The notes under the pieces were generated by a model that saw nothing but the letters and a program-made list of their open reading frames with translations, ran no database searches and had not been told where the DNA came from. This document shows, in pieces, positions 39,693 through 50,182 of a stretch of DNA of 64,000 nt (within the stretch, counting starts at the first letter, position 1; each line of letters opens with the position of its first letter). Source of the stretch: Vampirovibrionaceae bacterium NZW_1234 (GTDB lineage: Bacteria > Cyanobacteriota > Vampirovibrionia > Vampirovibrionales > JAGQHJ01); the NCBI GenBank assembly GCA_041697335.1, contig JBGUGD010000038.1, positions 64,001 to 128,000 on the forward strand. The letters run 5' to 3'. The position numbers were made by a program, and so were the translations under genes.

Positions 39693-39755
39693 AACATGGC
39701 CCATTCGCGCCACACCCAACCCCGGCCCAGATAGGCCAGCCTTGCGCAATGGCTT

Positions 39756-40040
39756 TTAGCCTGCAATTTTTTTAAGGGGTTTGTGCGTTTTGCCAGCGAC
39801 ATAGAGATCATAATTCGTCTGGAGGTTCATCCACATCTCTGGGCCGGTTCCAAATGCATCTCCCAACTTGAAGGCCATTTCCGGGCTGACGGAGCGCTTT
39901 CCATTAATAATTTCATTTAAGCCGTTACGGGCAATACCCAAATACTGGGCAAGCTGGGTTTGGGTTAACCCCAAGGGGCCCATATATAATTCTTTCAAGA
40001 TTTCGCCAGGATGAGTAGGTTGTCTGTTTGTGGGCAACAT
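39756..40040 (-). CDS. higA: HigA antitoxin
   Basis: PTHPGEIL, HTH, WMNLQTNYDL. Confidence 0.92.
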   Translation of the reverse strand: MLPTNRQPTHPGEILKELYMGPLGLTQTQLAQYLGIARNGLNEIINGKRSVSPEMAFKLGDAFGTGPEMWMNLQTNYDLYVAGKTHKPLKKIAG

Positions 40041-40055
40041 AATCGAAAGCTCCTT

Positions 40056-40346
40056 TCAATGATAATCTGTGATTTGGACATCATACGCGTGTCCGTTCTC
40101 AAATCTGAAGATAATGCGGTATTGATCATTCACGCTGACAGACCAAAAATCGTTTAAATCGCCCGACAACTTATGCAGCCGTGTCCCTGGCGGTGTTCCC
40201 ATGGCGTTGGCATCAATCACGGCATTCAGTTGATCCAGCATTAACCGGGCTCGACGGTGCAACTGAGAAGGAATTTTTCGGGCAGATTTTGTGTTTCTGC
40301 CCTGAAAGATATCTTCCGTGGTGTCGTCGCGAAATGAGTGAATCAT
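40056..40346 (-). CDS. higB: HigB (RelE-family) toxin
   Basis: MIHSFRD, PPGTRLHKLSG, SVSVNDQYRIIFRF, ITDYH. Confidence 0.92.
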   Translation of the reverse strand: MIHSFRDDTTEDIFQGRNTKSARKIPSQLHRRARLMLDQLNAVIDANAMGTPPGTRLHKLSGDLNDFWSVSVNDQYRIIFRFENGHAYDVQITDYH

Positions 40347-40458
40347 GCCTTTATTGTAGCGCGTAGCGTCATAAATTACAATCCGGGGATAGAAAGTAAA
40401 CACACGCCATTGCCCTTCCGATGCCGGAAGGAACATGGTCTAGAACGACGCCTGAAGA

Positions 40459-41244
40459 TTAAAAATTCTGAGAAAACTCTTTGAGCAGGACCGGGATATC
40501 TTGATTTGGATTGACTTTCAGGTCCGTGGAAATCATATCGGCCTTGTAGCGATGGTTGGGCAGCATGGCCACTTCGCGAATAAAGGTGCGGGCCGAATCC
40601 ACGGGAACGGCAAATCCAATGCCGATGTTCGTGCGTTTACCTTCGGGGTTGAAAATGGATTGGTTGATCCCGATGATTTCCCCGTCGGTATTCAGCAAGG
40701 GTCCGCCGGAATTGCCGGGATTGATCGAGGCATCGGTTTGAATGCGGTTACGCTGGCGATCGATGCGGCTGATAATGCCCAGGGTCAGCGTCCGATCAAA
40801 GCCGTAGGGATTGCCGATGGCCAGGACCTTTTGGCCCACTTTAATGTTTTCCGACCGGCCCAGGCGTACATAGGGCATGGGCCGATCGGTTTTCAACTTT
40901 AAAATGGCCAGGTCTGATTTTTGACCAATACGTGCCAGCACCGTCGCTGGATACTCTTCTCCGGACTCTAACGCCACCATGGCCTTTTGGGCATCGCCAA
41001 TCACATGGCTGGACGTCAGAAGAATGCCGCTGGGATCGATAATGACGGCGGCCCCCTGGGAGGGTCCGTCGTCCATTTCAACGGTCAGCGTCACCACGGC
41101 CGGAGCGGCTTTTTCATACACAGAAATATTATTCACCTCTTCGCTGTCCAATGCGTTGACGGGACAGACGAACAGAAAGAGTAATGTTGTCAGAACCAAC
41201 AAAAACCCTAACCATCTCTGCTGAGGATGCCATGAACGGTGCAT
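40459..41244 (-). CDS. Trypsin-like S1C serine protease without PDZ
   Basis: Signal/TM segment, TSSHVI, DLAIL, IQTDASINPGNSGGPL. Confidence 0.88.
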   Translation of the reverse strand: MHRSWHPQQRWLGFLLVLTTLLFLFVCPVNALDSEEVNNISVYEKAAPAVVTLTVEMDDGPSQGAAVIIDPSGILLTSSHVIGDAQKAMVALESGEEYPATVLARIGQKSDLAILKLKTDRPMPYVRLGRSENIKVGQKVLAIGNPYGFDRTLTLGIISRIDRQRNRIQTDASINPGNSGGPLLNTDGEIIGINQSIFNPEGKRTNIGIGFAVPVDSARTFIREVAMLPNHRYKADMISTDLKVNPNQDIPVLLKEFSQNF

Positions 41245-41648
41245 GGATTTGAAATTATCCCTTCTAATGATTGGCCGGAAAAACAAGAGAGTTTCTCTAC
41301 TATGGTTAACATAAGTCCGGTGAAGAAAGAAGATTTCCCCTAAAACTGTTGCAATTTGTAAAACTTGGGATCGCACTCAAAAATCCGGCTTTCATGCACA
41401 GGGGGCATGCTTGGGGGAATAGGTCAAAAAATCATATATTAAGTTTTTTAATGACTACACAAAAAAATGATTCAACAAAATTGAGAATATGTTACTATTG
41501 TTAAAGTCTAACCATTCCTTTCTTTCTTACGTTTTGAGCGGCTCTGGGATTATCGTCTGGCCGCTTTTTCTCTGTCTTGGGGAAAACACGTTAAGCCCCG
41601 GTCATGCACACGACATGCCCGAGGTTCCACTGAGGTCAGACTCCGGTG

Positions 41649-42179
41649 TTATAATTCTTCTTTTTTCGCCATCACGTCGGCCAGCATCTGGGCCTCGATG
41701 AGATACTTCACCGTCGACAGCAATGTTTTCGGCTTAAAATCGGAGACCACCAGCAGATTGCGATACCAGGCAAAACAGCTGTCAGGGCGTTGCCGTTCGG
41801 CATCCATCTGCATTTTCTGGCGCAAAAACTCAGGTGTGGCCAAAGTTGCGGCATATTTTTCCGGCTTGGTTCTGCCCGGTTTTGCGACACTCACCTGCAA
41901 TGTGGCTTCATCACACACATCACCGGCAATATCCAGGGCCACCCTTGCCCCACGGACGGTCAACTCATCGTGATAACTGGAAGGATTCACAGGGCCCTGC
42001 TCTCTTTTCTGTTTCGGATCCGATTTCTCTTTTTCCACTCTATCTTTGTTGGGCTCCCAAGGCTCACCATTGGGCTTCAAATGCCCCTGAAACAAAAGGG
42101 GCTTGGGTAAACGGCTTCTTGAAAAGCCTGCTGGTGCAGATAACGCATACGGATTGGAATACGGGCTGATGACAACCAC
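41649..42179 (-). CDS. Hypothetical protein (N-terminal LLFQG motif)
   Basis: AAGGAG RBS before GTG. Confidence 0.6.
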   Translation of the reverse strand: MVVISPYSNPYALSAPAGFSRSRLPKPLLFQGHLKPNGEPWEPNKDRVEKEKSDPKQKREQGPVNPSSYHDELTVRGARVALDIAGDVCDEATLQVSVAKPGRTKPEKYAATLATPEFLRQKMQMDAERQRPDSCFAWYRNLLVVSDFKPKTLLSTVKYLIEAQMLADVMAKKEEL

Positions 42180-42262
42180 GGTGCAACTCCTTCAGGAACA
42201 CGCCACTCACACATGGCGATCGCTGACAATCTAAAGACGGTCAAAATATAAAATTGCGTGCA

Positions 42263-44110
42263 CTACAGAATATTAAAAACGTCGGTTTCATCACTTTTAT
42301 CATAAAAGGCCCGAATCGTCCCGTTCAAGGGAATCGCCATATCCACATAATATTGCGGGGTTGAGGCATAGGTAGCACTGGAGAGCTGAGGTTGCCCTTG
42401 CAGCAAGGCATTGTATCGCGGCTGACGACGAATCGTGTCCAGGGTGGTTTGGTTCATCACCACCCGCACCGTCTGGGTGGGACCGGACCACGAGGGATCG
42501 ATAATGACCCGCTCGCCACCACGATGACGCAACTCCAAGCGAATAGAGCCGCTTTTGGACTTGGCCACACGGGTTTCAATCTGACCCGCCCCTTGCCCGG
42601 AAGCGCCGTTTAAATGATCGGCCACCATGGTCTCAAGTCGCTGAGCCGATGTGGATCGAACCCGCGCCTCAATGGCCTTCAACGTATCATGATGGACTTC
42701 CACATGTAAAAATCCATTGGTGGTCAAATTCCGCCGCATAAAAAGACATTCGCGAGCGGCCGAATACCACGGCTGTGTGTGGAGGTTCAGTTTTAATTTC
42801 TGGCTGATGCTGGCCAGCTTTTCAAAATCCGCCCGCATTTGGACATGATGTTGAAGCTGGGTCTGGGACTGAAGACTGATGTCGGTCAGGCGCTGACGAA
42901 AGCGATCCCGGACAAGATCTTGAAACGGGCCGGCCAGGTCTGCCTGGGCCGCAAATTTTTCAATCGCCTTTTCAACCAGCGCCACGTGGTTGTTGAGCTT
43001 GGAGGAACTGATCAGGATACCCGCGTTATTGTGCAACGAACTCCCGGTCAGGTTCTGCATGATGGTGTTAAACGGGCGCGAGGCCTTCACGATCCGCATA
43101 ATATCTGCCGCAGGCAAGTGGGGTGTCGTGGGTCCCGCCGGTATATTACGATGATCCTGAACGGCTTGGGCCAGTTGGTCTATGCTTGTTGCCGCCCGAA
43201 GCGTCGAAATCGCAGCCTGCCGATGCTCTAGGCGTTGGGCTCGACGCAGATGGAGCTGCCCCACCTCAGCATCATTTGGTCCCTGCTCTGAAGCGGGCCG
43301 ATTTTGGAAGTAGTACTGAAGCGCCTGATGCTCGGCAATGCGAGCTTCATTCTCCAGGGGGTCATTCTCATAGTTAAAGCGGGCATCGTCCAATGCTGTT
43401 CTGGCGTTGATTAAATCCTGCTGCACTTGGGGCGAATTACTGCCGGTGGTGGCGAACTCGCTATCGGCCGCTTGCGATGCGGCCATAAATTGCTGGGTGG
43501 CTTCCTGAAACGCCTGATCCGCACTTCGGTAGGCTTCCACCCGCGCCCGATAGCCGGGCTCATTGTTTTGAGCCCGTAAGATGGCATCGGCATGGTGCAA
43601 TTCATGGGCCAGCTCATTAATACGAACAGAATTTCTGGTATTTCTGGGCAGCCCGATCTCGATTTGATCCGGCCCCACTTCACGTGTGAAGGCTGTTTCA
43701 TGACTGCTCAAGAGACGGATGGCGACTTTTCCGTCCATTTCCGGACGAAATCCATAGGGAGCCAATTGGTCGTATTGAACTTGCCCCCGACCATTCACAA
43801 TGGCAATACTGTGGGTAGACTCACATCCGGTCCGAACCCGGTGCAAATCGGCGCTTGCCGATTCCTGAGGTTTCTGGGCACCGGAAACAACGGCTTGCAC
43901 TAACCCTGAGAGCCCTTGAACCAGGTTCCCGAGCGGGCCGGTCAACGCGGGCTTGGGCGACTCCGGAGATTGAGGGTTTTGGGCTTTTGTAGACAGCTCC
44001 ACCTGATCCCCTTCGGCCCCGAAACGCATGGACATGGATGCCGCTGGGGTAAAGGCATGCGGGCGAACCTGAGAAACTTGCTGACGACTCTCCAAAGACA
44101 ATGGACGCAT
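42263..44110 (-). CDS. Hypothetical protein with MRFG N-terminus and HExxH motif
   Basis: ELAHELHHA and downstream PLENEA. Confidence 0.7.
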   Translation of the reverse strand: MRPLSLESRQQVSQVRPHAFTPAASMSMRFGAEGDQVELSTKAQNPQSPESPKPALTGPLGNLVQGLSGLVQAVVSGAQKPQESASADLHRVRTGCESTHSIAIVNGRGQVQYDQLAPYGFRPEMDGKVAIRLLSSHETAFTREVGPDQIEIGLPRNTRNSVRINELAHELHHADAILRAQNNEPGYRARVEAYRSADQAFQEATQQFMAASQAADSEFATTGSNSPQVQQDLINARTALDDARFNYENDPLENEARIAEHQALQYYFQNRPASEQGPNDAEVGQLHLRRAQRLEHRQAAISTLRAATSIDQLAQAVQDHRNIPAGPTTPHLPAADIMRIVKASRPFNTIMQNLTGSSLHNNAGILISSSKLNNHVALVEKAIEKFAAQADLAGPFQDLVRDRFRQRLTDISLQSQTQLQHHVQMRADFEKLASISQKLKLNLHTQPWYSAARECLFMRRNLTTNGFLHVEVHHDTLKAIEARVRSTSAQRLETMVADHLNGASGQGAGQIETRVAKSKSGSIRLELRHRGGERVIIDPSWSGPTQTVRVVMNQTTLDTIRRQPRYNALLQGQPQLSSATYASTPQYYVDMAIPLNGTIRAFYDKSDETDVFNIL

Positions 44111-44267
44111 AATCTGGGACCCTCACTTCACATCTGGCGATACGTAGACAAACTGGCAACAACACGTGGTCTGTGATCAACGAATGATGAAGTAAGACCC
44201 CTCAAGGCCCGTTGATGCTAGTGTGTTAACCTGTGTAACAATTGGATCCCCAGTGCCAGCTCCCCGC

Positions 44268-44550
44268 CGCTGGCCACGCCTGCTTTGAAGGGGTCAGATG
44301 CGAGGCGAGAGGAGCAGAGGGAAGGAGCGTATCTGAAATACGTGACTGACCGAGCACCGCATCAACGACGCCGATGGCCTTTCTTCAGAGCCCTCCTCGC
44401 GCTCACCACGTGTCGCTGGCCACGCCTGCTTTGAAGGGGGCAGATGCGAGGCGAGAGGAGCACAGGGAAGGAGCGTATCTAAAATACGTGACTGACCGAG
44501 CACCGCATCAACGACGCAGATGGCCCCTTCAGAGCAGGCATGGCCAGCGA
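44268..44550. mobile_element. Tandem pair of MITE/REP-like elements (period 146 bp)
   Basis: Copy 1 44268-44391, copy 2 44413-44550; copy 2 has 27-bp terminal inverted repeats (25/27 match). Confidence 0.75.
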
Positions 44551-46422
44551 CTAGGCTTCCATGAGGTTTTTGTCGTCTATCAATCCAGAATCGTAATCCG
44601 CGCCATCGGCAAGAAGCCCCCCAGGAATCAGCGGCAGGCGGAACCCGAAGACACTGCCTTTATTCACCTGGCTACGCACAAACACCGTGCCATGATGATG
44701 CTCTTCAATGGCAATCTTCACCAAGTGCAGCCCCAATCCGGTGCCCTTAACCGTATGAACCTTGGTTTCAACCCGGTAAAACCGATCCCAGATACGGGCC
44801 AAATGCTCTTCCGGAATTCCCACGCCGGTGTCTTCCACCGACACTTCCAATTCCTTGCCGTTGTCCACGATTTCGGCCCGAACTTTCACCCGCCCGCCTT
44901 CCGGGGTGTATTTAATGGCGTTGCCTAACAGGTTGCGCAAGACCCGCTCAATGCTGTCGCTGTTCATATAGACCTTGGGCAGATTCGATTCGAGGGCCGT
45001 GGAGATAATCAGCTGCTTCTGCTCGGCCAGAACCTTGATGGATTGAACCGTCAGGTTAATGAGCGGCGTCATATCCTGATAATCCATTTCCATTTTGTAT
45101 TCCGGCGCTTCCAGACGGGAGAAGTCCAGAATATCGTTGACCATCTTCTTCAATCGGTCGGTCTCGATGTTCAGGGTCTGCATGAATTCGTTGTAGGTTT
45201 CACTGTCCAGCTCATCGCCGTGGTTCACAATGGTATCCACATAGCTCTTGATGGTGGTGACCGGGGTTCGCAATTCGTGGGACACATTGGAAATGAACTG
45301 GGTTTTCATCTTGTCGATTTCCATTTCCCGGGTGATATCGCGCATAATCATGACGTAACCCAGCGACAAGCCCTCGGTATCTTTAATGGAGGAGATAATC
45401 AGGCGCAAGGTCCGGCTCCCGATTTCCACAGAGCGGGTAAAGGTCTCCGGCTCCCCTTCCTGCAAGGCCTTTTTAAAGTCGGCAATCACCGCCTCAAAGG
45501 GATGTTCCCCGTCATCGGTGGTGTACTCGGTAATGGGGGTTCCCAGCAAGACTTCGCTGTTTTTAATATCGAGCATGTCACAGGCGGATTCGTTGATGAT
45601 GACGGCCTCGGCATCGTTATCCGCCACCAGGACCCCGTCGGTAATACTGAGCAAAATGGCTTCCAGTTTGTTGCGTTCAAAGGTCAGGGTATCGATGTTC
45701 TGATCTTCATAAACCCGCAACCGGGTCGACATATCGTTAAAGGACTCGGCCAGGTGCTTGAGTTCGCCCCAAAGCTCATCAGAGGGGATACGATAGCCAA
45801 AATCGCCGGTCGATAGGCGTTTCACCCCCCGAACCAACGTCCGAAGGTGCTTGCTTAAAATCCAGGTAATCCCTACCACGGCAATACTGGAAATGATCCA
45901 GGCACTTAAAAAAGCCACAATCAAGGTCAATTGGCTGGCCGAATTCAGGCGATTCTTGCTCTTGGAGGTAAGCCCGATATGGACAGAGCCCATCAGCGGC
46001 TCATTGGGGTTATGATTCGGGTGAAGCTTGGTCACCTGGTGAAACAGATTCCTGTCCTTCAGGCGGGCCTTGACCTCGCTCCGGTAGAGCACTCGCCCTG
46101 TCCCATCCTGGAACTCGATATAGGCGATGTCCGGGTGTGAGCGAATAATTTTATCAATGAACTGATGGACTTCTTCCGGGGGCTGGGCATTCTGAATTTC
46201 GGCCGCCCCGGCCAGGGAGATGGCCGTGGTCAAGGAGTGGACCGTCTCTTCATAGGAACGCTCCAGGGCATTGTCAAAATGCCGGTAAATAAAGAAACAT
46301 ACAATGGCCAGTGTCACCGTACTGAGCAACAGACCAAAGATCAAAATCCGGTTTTCCGAAGTGAAAAACTGGGGTTTTGCAGAAATAAAGTATTTGGTTT
46401 CAGACAAGGGGAGCTGGGACAT
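44551..46422 (-). CDS. Sensor histidine kinase, TM-HAMP-PAS-HisKA-HATPase (NblS/Hik33-like)
   Basis: FISNVSHELRTP, NAIKYT, RFYRVETKVHTVKGTGLGL. Confidence 0.88.
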   Translation of the reverse strand: MSQLPLSETKYFISAKPQFFTSENRILIFGLLLSTVTLAIVCFFIYRHFDNALERSYEETVHSLTTAISLAGAAEIQNAQPPEEVHQFIDKIIRSHPDIAYIEFQDGTGRVLYRSEVKARLKDRNLFHQVTKLHPNHNPNEPLMGSVHIGLTSKSKNRLNSASQLTLIVAFLSAWIISSIAVVGITWILSKHLRTLVRGVKRLSTGDFGYRIPSDELWGELKHLAESFNDMSTRLRVYEDQNIDTLTFERNKLEAILLSITDGVLVADNDAEAVIINESACDMLDIKNSEVLLGTPITEYTTDDGEHPFEAVIADFKKALQEGEPETFTRSVEIGSRTLRLIISSIKDTEGLSLGYVMIMRDITREMEIDKMKTQFISNVSHELRTPVTTIKSYVDTIVNHGDELDSETYNEFMQTLNIETDRLKKMVNDILDFSRLEAPEYKMEMDYQDMTPLINLTVQSIKVLAEQKQLIISTALESNLPKVYMNSDSIERVLRNLLGNAIKYTPEGGRVKVRAEIVDNGKELEVSVEDTGVGIPEEHLARIWDRFYRVETKVHTVKGTGLGLHLVKIAIEEHHHGTVFVRSQVNKGSVFGFRLPLIPGGLLADGADYDSGLIDDKNLMEA

Positions 46423-46512
46423 GAAAAGCGACTACTCTCAGGACTATCCACTTACCATTGTATCGGATCTCAGCGGACTTTACCTGATTTAAACTCAAAC
46501 GGGGGGAAAAGT

Positions 46513-48537
46513 TCAATCAATCAACTTACCTTGTAGTAGTTCCTTGGTGTAAATTTTAGCCTGCTGCGTATCAAAGTCATCCACGTCCGGCGACGATACC
46601 GGCTCAGCAGCCACCAGGGCCGGTGAGGGTGGGGTTACAGGCTCCGAAGGCCCCGCCGAAATGGCCGGTTCATCAAAGCGCGGGGTGGCTTGGGTGGCCA
46701 AAGAGGCCATGGTTTCAGATACCGAAGGCTCAACTGAAGGGGCCGTCATGGCAGGCTGGGGAACCGGTTCCGAGGGTTCAACCGGAGGCAAGGGCATCGC
46801 AGGCGGGGCACTCATATTCATGGCTGGTGACGTTGCCACCGGCGCAGGAGCCGCCCCCTGTTGGAAGTGAAAGCGCACGGATTGCCCCGTCACAGCCAGG
46901 AAAGCTTGCTCCAGATGCTTGGCCCGATCCGGGGTTTTCTTGAACATCTCGTAAATGGCTTCCGTGGAATAACTCAAGGTGGCGATACCGTTTTCAAAGG
47001 AGACCAGCCGGAAATGCTCATTAATAATGGTGCGTGACGGCAGACTCTTAATGGCGGCCAAGACCTGGGGCCAGATTTGAGCGACATCGCTACCACCGGC
47101 CAGTGCGGGCGAAAAAGCGGTCGCTTGCGGGGGCGTCTCTTGGGGTGGCATCGGTTTTTCCGGCATCGGGGCAGGTGTCTGCTGCTGGGTCGGCGGGGCC
47201 TCGGTTGGCCGTTGCAACTGTGCCGACGGCGGCACGGAAGGTGACACCGGGGGTGTTGTCATCGCAGGTTGAGGAACCGGTGAGGCCGGACGACTGGCGG
47301 CCTGAGATCGTTGAGGAGACGGAGACGCCATGGGCATGGCACCGCCCTGAAGGGCTTGCTCCAAAGCCTCCACCCGAGCCGCCAGGGACTTGACCAGATG
47401 AATTTCCTGGCGATAACACAAGTCCAACAACCCCACTTCAAACCAGAGCTGGGGCTGATGGCTGTGGCGCAACTGGGACTCCATCGTGGAGAGTCGCATT
47501 AGCATCTGGGGGATTTCTTCGACTTCAAAACCTTGGGCCTGTTGGCACAGCTTGGCGTAAAAATCGGGGGTCAGATCCAGCTGATCGGCATCGGCGCTGG
47601 GGCCGCAGGATTTGGCCAAAAGCAGGTTGCGAAAATGCTGGGTCAGTTCCTTGACCATCTGCACCGGTTCAATGCCCCGCTCCTGCAAATAGCGAATCTG
47701 CTGCAAGATTGCGTGAGGGTCCTTGTCCTGGATGCCCTGGGTCATATTCCACAGGATGTCCTCTTCCAGCATCCCGATAAAGGCCCGCACCGTCTCCGGG
47801 GTAATGGCCTGGTTGCTTTCAGCCTTGCCCAGGACCGAGACCTGATCCAGAAGGCCCAAGGCATCGCGAAGCCCGCCTCGCACATGGCGGCCGATCAAGG
47901 CAACGGCTTCCGGCGTAATCTGGATGCCTTCTTTTTCGGCCACATAGCTTACCCGGCTTTCGATCTGGGTGCGGGTAATGCGGGCGAAATCGAAGCGTTG
48001 GCACCGGCTGATAATGGTCTGCAAGACCTTGTGGGGTTCGGTCGTGGCAAAGATAAAGACCACGTTTGGCGGGGGCTCTTCCAGGGTTTTCAGCAGGGCG
48101 TTAAAGGCCGCGGTGGTGAGCATGTGGACTTCATCGATGATGTAAATCTTGTACTTGCCTTCCAGGGGGGAGAAGGCGACTTTGTCGGTCAAATCCCGAA
48201 TATCGTCCACCCCGTTGTTGCTGGCGGCATCGATTTCGGTCACGTCCAGGGCATTGCCCTGGGTGATGGAGACGCAACTGGGGCAAACCTGGCAGGGGGT
48301 TACAGTGGGTCCTTCCTGGCAATTCAGGGACTTTGCCAAAATACGGGCACTGGAGGTTTTACCGGTACCTCTGGGGCCGCAGAACAAGTAGGCGTGAGAA
48401 ATTTTTCCTTGCGTCAAGGCGTTTCCAAGAGCAGTGGCAACCACTTCCTGTCCCACCAAATCGCCCAAGGCCTGGGGGCGGTATTTGCGATAAAGCGGTA
48501 TATAGGTTTCAATCACGGCGTAACCATTCCCTTCCAC
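46513..48537 (-). CDS. dnaX: DNA polymerase III subunit gamma/tau
   Basis: LYRKYRP, GPRGTGKTS, EIDAASN, IIDEVHML, SRCQRF; Pro-rich linker. Confidence 0.96.
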   Translation of the reverse strand: MEGNGYAVIETYIPLYRKYRPQALGDLVGQEVVATALGNALTQGKISHAYLFCGPRGTGKTSSARILAKSLNCQEGPTVTPCQVCPSCVSITQGNALDVTEIDAASNNGVDDIRDLTDKVAFSPLEGKYKIYIIDEVHMLTTAAFNALLKTLEEPPPNVVFIFATTEPHKVLQTIISRCQRFDFARITRTQIESRVSYVAEKEGIQITPEAVALIGRHVRGGLRDALGLLDQVSVLGKAESNQAITPETVRAFIGMLEEDILWNMTQGIQDKDPHAILQQIRYLQERGIEPVQMVKELTQHFRNLLLAKSCGPSADADQLDLTPDFYAKLCQQAQGFEVEEIPQMLMRLSTMESQLRHSHQPQLWFEVGLLDLCYRQEIHLVKSLAARVEALEQALQGGAMPMASPSPQRSQAASRPASPVPQPAMTTPPVSPSVPPSAQLQRPTEAPPTQQQTPAPMPEKPMPPQETPPQATAFSPALAGGSDVAQIWPQVLAAIKSLPSRTIINEHFRLVSFENGIATLSYSTEAIYEMFKKTPDRAKHLEQAFLAVTGQSVRFHFQQGAAPAPVATSPAMNMSAPPAMPLPPVEPSEPVPQPAMTAPSVEPSVSETMASLATQATPRFDEPAISAGPSEPVTPPSPALVAAEPVSSPDVDDFDTQQAKIYTKELLQGKLID

Positions 48538-48707
48538 AGATGAAAACGTGCCCTTAAGTGTACCACCTGGGCACCCTCAAGGCGATCTTGATTTTTAAAT
48601 GCATGGGCATCCTCCAACGCCAAGGCCCGTTCAACACGACGTCTCTCTGGGAATGTTACGGTTTGTAAGCGGCTGTGACCCCAATCCTCGTTTTTTCGGA
48701 ATTATTC

Positions 48708-48853
48708 GGACAAAAAATAAAAAACCCTCTTTGCAGAGGGAAATTTGTAAAGCGAAGAGATAAAGGGGATTTATTACGAAGAGGGGAGATGATTTATATT
48801 TGTATAAAAACAATTTTTTAAGATTCGATGTTAGAGTGTTACCGAATGTAACG
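48708..48853 (-). ncRNA. Candidate sRNA, copy 1 (with upstream operator and terminator)
   Basis: Near-identical to 50479-50624; ends in ccctct-gcaa-agaggg plus U-run on the minus strand. Confidence 0.5.
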
Positions 48854-48983
48854 CCCGCCCCGGAGCAAAACAGCTTCTTTTTATAAGAAGGATGATCGCA
48901 AAAAACGGTGTGACAGAAACCCGAAAGCCTGTTAAGCTGGACCTAAACGAGCATCCAGAACAAGAGGGAAAACGGGTTCCGAG

Positions 48984-49967
48984 ATGGGCGAAAAAAAGAA
49001 AAATTCCTCCCCAAAACGAACCGCCCCTAAAAAGCGGGGTACCAAAACCAGTGCCTTTGGCACCTCGGGGCGCATCAATCACGATGCCTCGGAATTTTAC
49101 GAGAGCAAACTCTATGAGCATCTCCAGATAAAAACCACCGCGCCGGGCGACGAATGCCCCTTGCCCGAGGAGGCCGTCAACCGGATTTACTGTGCCTCCA
49201 GCCAGCAGATGTCTCACCTGCCGGATAACTCGGTGCATCTGATGATTACCTCGCCCCCGTATAACGTTAAAAAAGAATATGACGACGATTTAACCCTGGA
49301 CGATTACCGGGCCATGCTGCGGGCGGTTTTTGCCGAAACCTACCGGGTGCTGGTTCCCGGCGGGCGGGCCTGTATCAATGTGGCCAACCTGGGTCGAAAA
49401 CCCTATATTCCGCTTCACAGCTACATTATTGACGATATGCACCAGCTGGGGTTTTTGATGCGGGGGGAAATTATCTGGAATAAAGCCTCCAGCGCCAGCC
49501 CGTCGACCGCCTGGGGCAGCTGGAAATCGGCGGGGAATCCGGTGCTTCGGGATATTCATGAGTACATCCTGGTGTTCAGCAAAGACACGTTTACCCGCAA
49601 AAAAACCGGGCGTATCGATACCATTGGGCGGGACGAGTTTTTGGAGTGGACCAAAAGCGTCTGGACCTTTCCGGCGGTGTCGGCCAAGAGTATCGGGCAT
49701 CCGGCCCCTTTTCCGGAAGAGTTGCCCCAGCGCCTGATTCAGCTGTATTCCTTTCAAGAGGATGTTGTGCTCGATCCCTTTAATGGCAGCGGCACCACGT
49801 GTGTGGCCGCCCTCAAGGCCGGTCGACGCTATGTGGGCTATGACGTTGATCCTGCCTATGTGGCCCTGGCCGAATCTCGTGTCGAGGCGGTTAAAGCCCA
49901 GATTGCCGAAGACGCCCCGTCCGAAAGCCAACCGGTGGAAGCCGCGCTGACCCCGCTGCCGGGCTAG
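48984..49967 (+). CDS. Orphan amino-DNA methyltransferase (beta class, likely N4-cytosine)
   Basis: TSPPY precedes HPAPFP and DPFNGSGTT. Confidence 0.9.
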   Translation: MGEKKKNSSPKRTAPKKRGTKTSAFGTSGRINHDASEFYESKLYEHLQIKTTAPGDECPLPEEAVNRIYCASSQQMSHLPDNSVHLMITSPPYNVKKEYDDDLTLDDYRAMLRAVFAETYRVLVPGGRACINVANLGRKPYIPLHSYIIDDMHQLGFLMRGEIIWNKASSASPSTAWGSWKSAGNPVLRDIHEYILVFSKDTFTRKKTGRIDTIGRDEFLEWTKSVWTFPAVSAKSIGHPAPFPEELPQRLIQLYSFQEDVVLDPFNGSGTTCVAALKAGRRYVGYDVDPAYVALAESRVEAVKAQIAEDAPSESQPVEAALTPLPG

Positions 49968-50060
49968 TCTTTATAATAAGCGTTACATTAAAGCGAAACT
50001 GAACAGGGGCTATCACCTCGTTTCATGTTTCGGGTCATCCTGACCTGGGACAGGAGGGGT

Positions 50061-50182
50061 TGACCGTGTGGCCAAATTGGCCACACGGTGGCTCCCAAGG
50101 TTGCATGTTCTGAGCGTACGGCGAAAGAAGGCCGATTGAATGTGCAATGACCGTGTGGCCAAATTGGCCACACGGTCATTGC
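50061..50182. repeat. Two copies of the palindrome ACCGTGTGGCCAAATTGGCCACACGGT
   Basis: 50063-50089 and 50144-50182 (second copy has 19-bp arms). Confidence 0.9.

Noticed and set aside
48631..48813. 60-aa hydrophobic ORF / type I toxin in the duplicated element
   Set aside because: It runs through the terminator, has no RBS, and the two copies diverge in start and end.
48984..49967. Complete restriction-modification system
   Set aside because: No credible endonuclease ORF adjacent.
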